A DNA stretch of 64,000 nt from Candidatus Brocadiia bacterium. Its GTDB lineage: Bacteria; Planctomycetota; Brocadiia; CAIUPP01. Location: assembly GCA_050015075.1 (NCBI GenBank), contig JBEKCB010000007.1, forward strand, positions 96,001 to 160,000. The letters are read 5' to 3'. Positions 1 through 8,182 of the stretch are shown here, piece after piece (the first letter of the stretch is position 1; each line of letters opens with the position of its first letter). The translations under genes and the position numbers were made by a program. The notes beneath the pieces were generated by a model, which was not told where the DNA came from, made no database searches, and saw only the letters and a list, made by a program, of their open reading frames with translations.

Positions 1-25
1 GGCAATCTCCTGGTTACGCGACGAC

Positions 26-244
26 TTAGGCCGGCGCTGCGGCGGTGGCGGTAAGACCGATCGCCTCGGCGTACTTCAGATACGTCTCGACAGAAGCGAT
101 CACCACGCGTGCCTCGATGGACAAGAGTTCAATGCCGACGAGCGACACCTTCACCCACGCGTCAATGACGATGCCTTTGTCCAGGATGCGGTCCACGACT
201 TCCGCCAAACTCGAACTGTCAGTCGATTTCTGCACATTAGCCAT
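26..244 (-). CDS. gvpA: Gas vesicle structural protein GvpA (72 aa)
   Basis: Canonical [32 protein letters not shown]...[22 protein letters not shown] sequence; ATG at 244 with an AGGAGG RBS. Another RBS near base 10 suggests the operon continues beyond the window. Confidence 0.97.
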   Translation of the reverse strand: MANVQKSTDSSSLAEVVDRILDKGIVIDAWVKVSLVGIELLSIEARVVIASVETYLKYAEAIGLTATAAAPA

Positions 245-334
245 GTATGTCACCTCCTCTCGGAGCCTTCTAAAGTTCAGTTGCCCAGGAGGAAGGAGTG
301 AGCCTTCGTCTCCCTGGCATCTTCTAACTAGAAG

Positions 335-350
335 AGCAATTGATGTGCCG
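335..350 (-). promoter_or_regulatory. Sigma54 (-24/-12) promoter upstream of gvpA
   Basis: Minus strand reads CGGCAC-ATCAA-TTGCT, matching GGCAC-N5-TTGC, about 90 nt upstream of gvpA. Confidence 0.75.
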
Positions 351-612
351 TGGACCACAATACTTTTGGAATACGAAGATCGGCTCGCGGTAAGGCCGTT
401 GGAGAGTTAGGCGCGAGGAAAGCGAGGCTTCGGTGTGTCGCCGCTATGGAATGGGTTCCCTGCTCTGGAAATGCCTCCACACTCCTGGCGCCACGTCTTG
501 CAGATCCTCGCAGGATTTCTGAAATGCTGTGCTTGGTCTTCCATTCTCGCGCGAAGAAACTGCGTGATGTTGCGTCTGTTGGGAGGCCCCGCGATCAAGG
601 GCGTTGTTCCGC

Positions 613-1317
613 TCACACGCGGAGGAGAGGCGCGCTGTCGAGGGCCGCAAAGCTGTACGGAGGCCATGGGCCGGTCAGGAGGAGTTTTTCGATGGTCTGT
701 TGCTGAAGGCGGCGAAAGGCGTCACGGAAGCGCTCCGTGTCCGACCGTCGAACGAGAAATTGGAACGAGAGAATCGGCGTGTCGCCGTATGAGAGTGGAG
801 TCATCTTGCATTTAAGAAAAAGCCCATCGAAAGGCCGCTGCATGCGGTCGGCGGCTTGCAGGAGTTCCCGGCGCTTGGCGTCCTGGCCGGCGTAATAAGC
901 CTTCCGAGATGCCAGGTAGGCGCGGGTGCGCGAAACCGGCTCTCCCGCGCCGGCTTCGGCAGCGGATGCGGCGGTCACCCTGCAGAGAACCCGCAGCCCC
1001 ATCTCGGCGCACCCTTGCAGCGCGGCCAGAGAGGCCCGGAATTCCTCTACGTGATCCTGCAGGAGCGCATGAACCTCCGCTTCGGTCCGGAACCCTGTGC
1101 CGCAGCGCATCGGCAGCACCGTGCAGACCTCATGCAGCATCTGCACGACCTCCGCATGGCGCTTGGGGTCCGGCGGAGCGTCGGCGGGAGCTATGGAAAC
1201 GGCCGCCGCCAGGCCGCCGTTCGCAATCAGGCAGACCGACGCGCCCTCCGCCAGGGCGGAAAGTCGCGGCTCGGCATACTCCGCCGGGCGGAGGACTCCG
1301 TACAGGACGTACTTCAT
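613..1317 (-). CDS. GvpL/GvpF family gas vesicle protein
   Basis: N-terminal YVLYGV, central VLPMRCG, C-terminal TGPWPPYSF; ATG overlaps the TGA of the upstream gene. Confidence 0.88.
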   Translation of the reverse strand: MKYVLYGVLRPAEYAEPRLSALAEGASVCLIANGGLAAAVSIAPADAPPDPKRHAEVVQMLHEVCTVLPMRCGTGFRTEAEVHALLQDHVEEFRASLAALQGCAEMGLRVLCRVTAASAAEAGAGEPVSRTRAYLASRKAYYAGQDAKRRELLQAADRMQRPFDGLFLKCKMTPLSYGDTPILSFQFLVRRSDTERFRDAFRRLQQQTIEKLLLTGPWPPYSFAALDSAPLLRV

Positions 1318-2189
1318 CAGGGTGTTTCTGCGATGGAAGGACAGAAGCTGTAGGGCGGCCACGGGCCCGACAATTCAACCGTGATGCCCCGCCCTCGGCG
1401 GGCCGCGTTGAGGCTCTCGACATGGGCCTGGAAGTTCGTGATGCTGTCGCGGCCCAGCAGGAACGCGCAGTTGAGGATCATCTCTTCCCTTCTTCCAGAG
1501 ACGCTCCGCGGCTGAAGGCGCAGCGGGCAAGTCTTGTGGGCTTGGTCCTTCAATTCGTTCCTAACCTGCTCGGCGGCCGCCGGCCAACCCTGTCGAGCCT
1601 TCTTGTCCGCCCGAAGATGAAGGTGTCTCTCATGCAAGTAACGCGCGCCGGGTGAACTGGGAGCGCGCTTGCGTTTCTGCGCGAATTCCGGGTCGGAGCC
1701 GAGCAGCCAGTCCCGGCTCTTATCCATATCCGCAAAGCACTTGACGGACCATTCCTGTTTGTCCGACAGAAGATCCAGGAACCCGGAAATCTCCGGGCCT
1801 TTCCTGTCCAGCAGGTCCATGAGGACCTGCGTCGAGGTAAACATGGAGCCGAACCTCACGGGGAGAACCGGGGAGCGTTCCATGACCTCTTCGATGACCC
1901 GCTCGTGCCGGCAGACCCTCGGCAACACCCAGGCCGGATTCTCGAGTCGGCTCCACGCGCCGTCGCCGACGAATTCCGGGAGCGAAACGGGGCTGAAAAC
2001 AGCCGTGATACCCTTGACGCTGAGACCGTTCACCGGTTGGGATTCGTCAACCCCGATGCACATAATGCCTTCTACGGCCTGCGCGCGGGCAAAACAGTAG
2101 AGGTAGAACCCTATGTCTTTAATGGCGGAGCCGGACGGCTGTGCGGACTCACGCACTCGGGTGGTTTGCACGGGCTTCCTCCAGCGCAT
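1317..2189 (-). CDS. GvpL/GvpF family gas vesicle protein (start uncertain: 2213, 2189 or 2156)
   Basis: YLYCF, HERVIEEVM...VLPVRFG, EWSVK and SGPWPPYSF motifs. Confidence 0.88.
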   Translation of the reverse strand: MRWRKPVQTTRVRESAQPSGSAIKDIGFYLYCFARAQAVEGIMCIGVDESQPVNGLSVKGITAVFSPVSLPEFVGDGAWSRLENPAWVLPRVCRHERVIEEVMERSPVLPVRFGSMFTSTQVLMDLLDRKGPEISGFLDLLSDKQEWSVKCFADMDKSRDWLLGSDPEFAQKRKRAPSSPGARYLHERHLHLRADKKARQGWPAAAEQVRNELKDQAHKTCPLRLQPRSVSGRREEMILNCAFLLGRDSITNFQAHVESLNAARRGRGITVELSGPWPPYSFCPSIAETP

Positions 2190-4302
2190 GGGAGATGTGT
2201 TCTCGCGTGACACTCACGGGCCAGTCCTTTTCCGCCGTATCGCCGTGCTCCGTGTCGATGGCCTGGCGGACGGCTTCGAGGGAGGCGCGGCGGCACACGC
2301 CCTGAATCTCCGCGCCGCTGAACCCTTCGGTCTCGGCCGCCAGTTCACTCGCGGACACGTCGCCTGCGATGGGCTTGCCGTGCAGGCCGATCTCAAATAT
2401 CTGCCGGCGTCCGTCTTCATCGGGCGGTGGAATATTGAGCAATATGTCGAACCGGCCGGGACGCAGGAGCGCGGGGTCCAGCAGGTCCGGCCGATTCGTT
2501 GCGGCCAGGACGAGCACTCCCTCCAATTCCTCCACGCCGTCCAACTCCGTGAGGAACTGGCTGATGACGCGTTCAGTGACCTGCGAATCCGACCCCTTGG
2601 ATCCGCGGGTCGGAACGAGGGCGTCAATTTCGTCGAAGAACAGAATACAGGAAGCCGCCTGCTTGGCTTTACGGAAAACGTCGCGGACCGCCCTTTCCGA
2701 TTCCCCAACGTACATGGAAAGGAGCGCCGGTCCTTTCACGGAGATGAAGTTCACCTGGCTCTCATTGGCCACGGCCTTCGCCAGCAGCGTTTTGCCGCAG
2801 CCCGGAGGACCGGACAGGAGGATGCCCTTGGGCGGGTTGACGGAGGCGCGCGCGAAGAGGTCCGGGTGCTTCAAAGGCCACTCGACGGACTCGATCAACT
2901 GTTTCTTCACGTCCTCCAGGCCGCCCACGTCGGCCCAGCGGACATCGGGGATCTCGACGAAGACCTCGCGTATGGCGGAAGGCTCGACCTCTCGAAGGGC
3001 GTCTGTGAAGTCGGACATGTGGACCTCGAGCTTCATCAGCGCGTCGTACGGAATGTTCGCTGCCGCAAAGTCAATCTCGGGCATGATGCGGCGCAGGCAG
3101 ATCATGGCCGCCTCGCGGCAGAGGGATTGAAGGTCTGCGCCGACGAAGCCGTGCGTGATCCCCGCCAGTTGGCCCACGTCAACGTCCTGGGCGAGAGGCA
3201 TTCCGCGGCTGTGAATTTCGAGTATTTCCTTCCGGCCGTTGCGGTCGGGAATCGGCAGGGATATCTCGCGGTCGAATCGCCCGGGCCGCCGCAAGGCGGG
3301 GTCCAGCGCGTCGGGAATGTTCGTGGCGGCGATGACCATCACGTGCTCCCGCTGGGCCAGGCCGTCCATAAGGGCCAGGAGCTGAGCGACGACGCGCTTC
3401 TCCACGTCGCCGACCACCTTCTCCCGTTTGGGCGCGATGGCGTCAATCTCATCAATGAAGATGATGCTCGGCGCCTGCCGGGTCGCCTCCTCGAAAATCT
3501 TGCGCAGATTGGCCTCGCTCTCCCCGTAGAACTTGTGGATGATCTCGGGGCCGTTGACCAGGAAAAAGTTGGCATCCGTCTCGTGAACGACGGCGCGCGC
3601 AATGAGGGTTTTGCCGCAGCCGGGCGGCCCGTGCAGGAGCACGCCTTTGGGCGCGCCGATGCCCAGCCGCTCGAAGACCTCAGGGTATCGCAGCGGCAGT
3701 TCGATAATTTCCCGGATCCGGAGGACCTCGCGTTTCAAGCCTCCGATGTCTTCGTAGGATACCGTGTGCGCCTTTTCCTTGCCCGGGGCCCGCTTCACCA
3801 CCTCCAGCGTGGTCGCCGAGTTGATCACGACCGGTCCGGACGGAACCGTGGAGACGACCTTGAAGTCGGCGGACCGCGTGCCGAAGAGCGTGGCGCGGAT
3901 GCGGTCTTCCTCGACCACCGGTATGCCGTCGAGGAGGCGGCCGATGTATTCCAGGTCCCGGTCGCGCGGAGTGATCGTGATGGGCGATAACTCTACGCTC
4001 GTGGCCGGCTTGGCGACGATTTTGCGGACCTCCACAAGCTGATCCAGGCCGATCCCCGCGTTCTCCCGGGTCACGCCGTCCACCTGAATCCGCGAGGCTC
4101 CGCGATCTTCGCGATACGCCGGCATCGCCTTGGCGACCGTCTTCCGCTTGCCGGCAACCTCAACGATGTCGCCGACCTTCAGTTGGAGTGTCTCCATGTC
4201 CGAAGGGTCGAAGCGGGCCAGCGCGCGGCCGACGTCTTTCCCCAGGGCTTCCGAGACTCGTAGTTTGAGAGCGCCGTTGCCTCTGCCGTCCATGTGCGTC
4301 AT
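2149..4302 (-). CDS. CDC48/VCP/VAT family double-ring AAA+ ATPase
   Basis: N-domain DVGRALARFD; two AAA modules (GPPGCGKT twice, IFIDEID/LFFDEID, LRRPGRFD/LLRPGRFD). Confidence 0.95.
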   Translation of the reverse strand: MTHMDGRGNGALKLRVSEALGKDVGRALARFDPSDMETLQLKVGDIVEVAGKRKTVAKAMPAYREDRGASRIQVDGVTRENAGIGLDQLVEVRKIVAKPATSVELSPITITPRDRDLEYIGRLLDGIPVVEEDRIRATLFGTRSADFKVVSTVPSGPVVINSATTLEVVKRAPGKEKAHTVSYEDIGGLKREVLRIREIIELPLRYPEVFERLGIGAPKGVLLHGPPGCGKTLIARAVVHETDANFFLVNGPEIIHKFYGESEANLRKIFEEATRQAPSIIFIDEIDAIAPKREKVVGDVEKRVVAQLLALMDGLAQREHVMVIAATNIPDALDPALRRPGRFDREISLPIPDRNGRKEILEIHSRGMPLAQDVDVGQLAGITHGFVGADLQSLCREAAMICLRRIMPEIDFAAANIPYDALMKLEVHMSDFTDALREVEPSAIREVFVEIPDVRWADVGGLEDVKKQLIESVEWPLKHPDLFARASVNPPKGILLSGPPGCGKTLLAKAVANESQVNFISVKGPALLSMYVGESERAVRDVFRKAKQAASCILFFDEIDALVPTRGSKGSDSQVTERVISQFLTELDGVEELEGVLVLAATNRPDLLDPALLRPGRFDILLNIPPPDEDGRRQIFEIGLHGKPIAGDVSASELAAETEGFSGAEIQGVCRRASLEAVRQAIDTEHGDTAEKDWPVSVTREHISHALEEARANHPSA

Positions 4303-4790
4303 CGTTTGGGAGCGTCTTTCATGAATTTGACTTCAAGAATGCCGTTACGGCACGTGTGGCTCATGTTCGCCGGCAGAAAAGCCGACGGCAGAAGCACCTC
4401 CTTGCGATATTTCTGGTCCCCTTTCTCCGCGGCGATGGTCAGGATGTCGTCCCGCAGTTCAAGCTGGACGTCGCCGGATCCCATCCCCGGCATTTCGACC
4501 AGGACGAGGACATGATCCGCCTCGTCGAACAGGTCTACCAGGGGTTCACGCACGGGGTGGACGACGGCTTTGCCGGTCTTCTCGTCCTTCCGAAGATTGC
4601 CGAAACGTTCGACTTTGATTCCTTCATTGCCGATTCCGACGCGAATTGAATACCCGACAACGCCGCGGGTTTGTCCGGTCGCGGGGTCGCGGATGTCCTT
4701 AGTCTCGTGAAGTTCCTTTCCCGATTCCGCCAACTCAGAAAGTTTTTCGAGGATTGTGCCCAGTCTGTCCACGATTCCGCTGGAGCCCAT
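4299..4790 (-). CDS. Hsp20/alpha-crystallin protein (GvpH-like, archaeal-type sHSP)
   Basis: REPLVDLFDE...VEMPG...YRKEVLLP...NGILEV; GGAGGAG RBS before ATG 4790; GTGA/ATGA-type overlap with the Cdc48 gene. Confidence 0.88.
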   Translation of the reverse strand: MGSSGIVDRLGTILEKLSELAESGKELHETKDIRDPATGQTRGVVGYSIRVGIGNEGIKVERFGNLRKDEKTGKAVVHPVREPLVDLFDEADHVLVLVEMPGMGSGDVQLELRDDILTIAAEKGDQKYRKEVLLPSAFLPANMSHTCRNGILEVKFMKDAPKR

Positions 4791-4816
4791 GAGGTCATTC
4801 TCCTCCAAGATTTGTT

Positions 4817-5884
4817 TTACATCGTTTGCCGTGTCGCATTGACATCCTCCACTCCAGCAAATGAAATGCCATAGCTCTTGATTTTCCCGTGCAGGGTCTT
4901 GTAATCCACTTTCAACAGACGCGCCGCCCTGGCTTTGTTTCCTCGCGTCTGCCTCAGGACCTGAATGAGAACACTCCGCTCAACGTTAGCGACAGCATGG
5001 TGGACGACTTCCTTGAGAGAGAGACTGCCGTCAAACTCCGCGCCACTATCGGGCTGAGCAAGGTTCGTCACGGAACTACCGTCCGTCAGGTGCAGATGTT
5101 CCGGAAGAATCTCCTTCTCCGCCACGAGCACCGCGGATCGGATGGCGTTGCGTAATTCCCGGACATTCCCAGGCCAGGAGTACACGAGGAGTATCTGCAA
5201 AGCGGGGCGCGACAGCGTGATGGTTTTGTTCATTTCTTCGTTGGCGATGCGAAGGAAACGGTTTGCGAGATACTCGATGTCCTCCTTGCGTTTGCGCAAC
5301 GGCGGGATCACGATGTTGAACTCGTTCAAGCGGTGATAAAGGTCGCGCCGGAATTTCTCCGCGTGCACCAGCGCAAGCAGGTCATCATTGGTGGCCACAA
5401 TGAGGCGGGGATTAACTGCAACCGGCTGCGTTCCACCCACGCGGAAGACTTGTTGTTCCTGCAATGCACGAAGCAATTTCGGCTGCAGATCAAGCGGGAG
5501 ATTTGATATCTCATCGAGAAACAGCGTGCCCCCTGTGGCAATTTCAAACTTTCCCAACTTGACTCGGTCTGCGCCCGTGAACGCTCCCTTCTCGTGGCCG
5601 AACAATTCCGACTCGAGCAGCGTGGGGGAAATTGAGCCGCAGTCCATGGGAATGAAAGGGCCTGTGTCGTAAGGGGGAGAACGATGGAGCGCGTTGGCAA
5701 TGACCTCTTTGCCGGTGCCGGTTTCACCGCAAATGACCACCGTTAGCGACGTAGATACAACGAGCTTCACCTGCCCACAGATGCGGGATACGTGCGTGCT
5801 CGGCCCCATCATATGGTGCAAAAAGGAATCGGCGTCCACTTCCAAGCCAGCCAGCGTGAAGTGCTCAGTATCAGTCGAGCGCAT
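4817..5884 (-). CDS. Sigma54-dependent enhancer-binding protein (AAA+ plus Fis-type HTH) without a receiver domain
   Basis: GETGTGKE, ELFGHEKGAFTGA, LFLDEI, WPGNVREL and a C-terminal HTH; only about 25 aa precede the AAA domain. Confidence 0.93.
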   Translation of the reverse strand: MRSTDTEHFTLAGLEVDADSFLHHMMGPSTHVSRICGQVKLVVSTSLTVVICGETGTGKEVIANALHRSPPYDTGPFIPMDCGSISPTLLESELFGHEKGAFTGADRVKLGKFEIATGGTLFLDEISNLPLDLQPKLLRALQEQQVFRVGGTQPVAVNPRLIVATNDDLLALVHAEKFRRDLYHRLNEFNIVIPPLRKRKEDIEYLANRFLRIANEEMNKTITLSRPALQILLVYSWPGNVRELRNAIRSAVLVAEKEILPEHLHLTDGSSVTNLAQPDSGAEFDGSLSLKEVVHHAVANVERSVLIQVLRQTRGNKARAARLLKVDYKTLHGKIKSYGISFAGVEDVNATRQTM

Positions 5885-5897
5885 ATTTGTCAACATA

Positions 5898-6539
5898 TTA
5901 ACAGGGCGCTAAAAAAACCTTTTTGGACCACACAGAGGCAGTCTCTGCAGATAGTTGTGTAACCCGGATGTCGTCCGGAAGACGGCCGTTGAGCGAATGA
6001 AGCATTCCCAGGAAGATGAGGCCTGTTTCACCCTGTTTCAGAGTCTGGCCGATCCGTTCTGCGATGTAATGGTCGCGCATGTCGAGGATGCGTCTATTGC
6101 GTTCCACGCATTCAGCCGACTTTCCGTTCCGGGCGGAAGCGCCCGGAGCCAGAAGCTGCCGGGCCAGTTCATATTCCTGGATGAGCAACTCCGGAGACTC
6201 GGTGCCGGTTAATTGGGCGCCGCGTTCCATGAGCTTCAGCAGGAGCTGATGATTGAAGCTTCCGGACTTGGCTATCGTGTGGACGATCTCCACTTCACGG
6301 CCGCAGTTCGGCAAGCCGTCCTGATAAAGCCGCACTCGCTCCCAGGCCAGGCGGAGGTTCCCGATCACTTCCTGAACTTTGGTCCAGAATTCGCGGATAT
6401 CTTTGACATGCCGCTCCCATTTGGCCTGGCCCATGCGTTTTACATAGGCCTGCCGAACCAGTTTGCTCATCTTTCCGAAGTCGGCTTCGGTGTGAACCAC
6501 GGGTACCCAGATTAGTTTTCTCGTCAAATGATCGTTCAT
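5898..6539 (-). CDS. Hypothetical protein, first gene of the gas-vesicle accessory operon
   Basis: 213-aa ORF tightly packed against the bEBP gene; globular composition (LYQDGLP, GTESPELL). Confidence 0.75.
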   Translation of the reverse strand: MNDHLTRKLIWVPVVHTEADFGKMSKLVRQAYVKRMGQAKWERHVKDIREFWTKVQEVIGNLRLAWERVRLYQDGLPNCGREVEIVHTIAKSGSFNHQLLLKLMERGAQLTGTESPELLIQEYELARQLLAPGASARNGKSAECVERNRRILDMRDHYIAERIGQTLKQGETGLIFLGMLHSLNGRLPDDIRVTQLSAETASVWSKKVFLAPC

Positions 6540-6740
6540 GTTCGCTCGAGTCCACTTCCGTCGGTTCGTACTGCGTGAAGCATCGCAACGTTTCCGGCAC
6601 GCCGATTTCTATGGGACATGATACCTGCTTCTGGAACTTGTTCTATGGCGCAGGCTCCATACCTCGAAAACCTCTCGCCTTCCGTGTGCACGCCTGTTGC
6701 TCCACGGACAGGACGGTAAACGCCCTCCCGACGCGAAAGC

Positions 6741-6755
6741 GCAAAAGTCGTGCCG
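6741..6755 (-). promoter_or_regulatory. Sigma54 (-24/-12) promoter for the 6539-613 operon
   Basis: Minus strand CGGCACGACTTTTGC, a near-perfect match to TGGCACG-N4-TTGC. Confidence 0.75.
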
Positions 6756-7065
6756 CAGAGCGAATGAATCCATGACTTATCCTTACCGCCATAGACATCA
6801 GCCAGTTGAGGCGATCTTTCTCCAAGTCTCCTTAGGAAGGAGAAGGTTTGCATCGAACGCTAACAACTCATGGAGTGGAAGATATAAGTAAGGCAGGGTC
6901 TGGTGAGCGTCAATGGTTGTGGGGATAAGTTCCCTTGGAAGGTTATCCCTATGTCGCTTGCCCAATACTATTATGCGACAGCGCGGGGGAAATAGATATA
7001 GCCTGAAGAGGTTAGATCATGCGGATTTTAATCCTACCCCCCAAGACGGCCGCAAGGATGCATTG

Positions 7066-7719
7066 CTATAGTTTGGCAATTCCTGCTTTGATGGCGTAAC
7101 GGACGAGGTCGGTCTGTTTGTGGATGCCCAGTTTTGCCGCAAGATGGTTCCGGTGGGCGTGGACAGTGTTGTCGGACACCTCCAGCGCGGCGGCGACTTC
7201 TTTGTTGCTGTGGCCTTCGGCTATGAGTTGCAGCACTTTCCTTTCCTGCCCGGTGAGCGCCGAGGCGGGGCTGGCCTTCCGCTTCCCCTTCTTCCCTTTG
7301 AGAACGTCTTCAACGACGAAATGGGCGATCTTTGGACTGAGATAGTAGCGTCCTGCGTGGACCTCCCTCACGGCCTTGATCACGTCCGGGACGGCCATTT
7401 CCTTCGTCAAGTATCCCCGCGCGCCGGCCGCCAACGCCTCCTCCACCATGGGTTTCGTATCGTGAAGGCTCAGGATGATGACCTTTGTGGCCGGAGACCT
7501 TTTGACCAGTTCTTTAGCAGTCTCGATTCCGTTCATATTGGGCATGACGATATCGAGGATGGCGACGTCGGCCGGCCGGGTCTTGACTATCTCCAGGACT
7601 TCCTGGCCGTCCGAAGCCTCCCCGACGACCGCGATATCCTTTCCGCCGCTTTCAATCTTCAATCGCAGCCCCTCGCGAACCACCGGGTGATCATCGGCAA
7701 TGACAACGCGAATGCTCAT
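7066..7719 (-). CDS. NarL/LuxR family response regulator
   Basis: VVIADDH, ILDIVMP, GYLTK receiver motifs; LTGQERKVLQLIAEGHSNKEVA LuxR HTH. Confidence 0.95.
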   Translation of the reverse strand: MSIRVVIADDHPVVREGLRLKIESGGKDIAVVGEASDGQEVLEIVKTRPADVAILDIVMPNMNGIETAKELVKRSPATKVIILSLHDTKPMVEEALAAGARGYLTKEMAVPDVIKAVREVHAGRYYLSPKIAHFVVEDVLKGKKGKRKASPASALTGQERKVLQLIAEGHSNKEVAAALEVSDNTVHAHRNHLAAKLGIHKQTDLVRYAIKAGIAKL

Positions 7720-7976
7720 GGGCTGCTCCCTCCGCGGTGATCGCCTCCGCATTGTGCCTGGCAAGCTGTAGCGCATTGATCCCATTTTACATTGGGAGTG
7801 CGCTCACTCAAGGAAACTTTGTCGGTAGTCAAGAATACCTGCCAATATTGCCTCCCGCGAGCATTCCCGGTGGAATTCGTGGGCGCGTGATACGTCAATT
7901 GCCGCGCGTCTCGATCCTCCGAGCCGAGTCGGGAAATAGATCCACGCAGCTCTCTCGCGTTATGCCAATCTTGCTC

Positions 7977-8182
7977 GACATATCGCATCTTTGGATCAAC
8001 TCGAAGACGCTCGGCGTCGTTCAGATCCTCATAACCAGTACACCGCTCATAGACAGACTGCCGCAGCAGGGGAATCATCCCGTGTCGTATCTTGCTTCCA
8101 GGTCGAGTATCCTTGGGATACTCATCCGCCATCGTCGTCACTCCCTGCGCTTTCTCCATCTCCCGATGCGCCGTCAGCGCCG
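7977..8182 (-). pseudogene. IS1380-family transposase N-terminal fragment
   Basis: ALTAHREMEKAQGVTTMA...RHGMIPLLRQSVYERCTGYEDLNDAERLRVDP resembles the IS1380 motif LLRQSVFGRLAGYEDxNDAERLRxDP; no complete transposase. Confidence 0.7.

Noticed and set aside
2113-3990. Long antisense ORFs (625 aa here; also 9328-10308, 17888-19990, 34649-37576, 38091-40100, 43233-45143, 59795-61876)
   Set aside because: Shadow frames opposite well-supported genes in high-GC DNA; no recognisable motifs.
6536-6853. 105-aa ORF upstream of the gas-vesicle accessory operon
   Set aside because: No motifs, and it overlaps the predicted sigma54 promoter and leader; probably non-coding.
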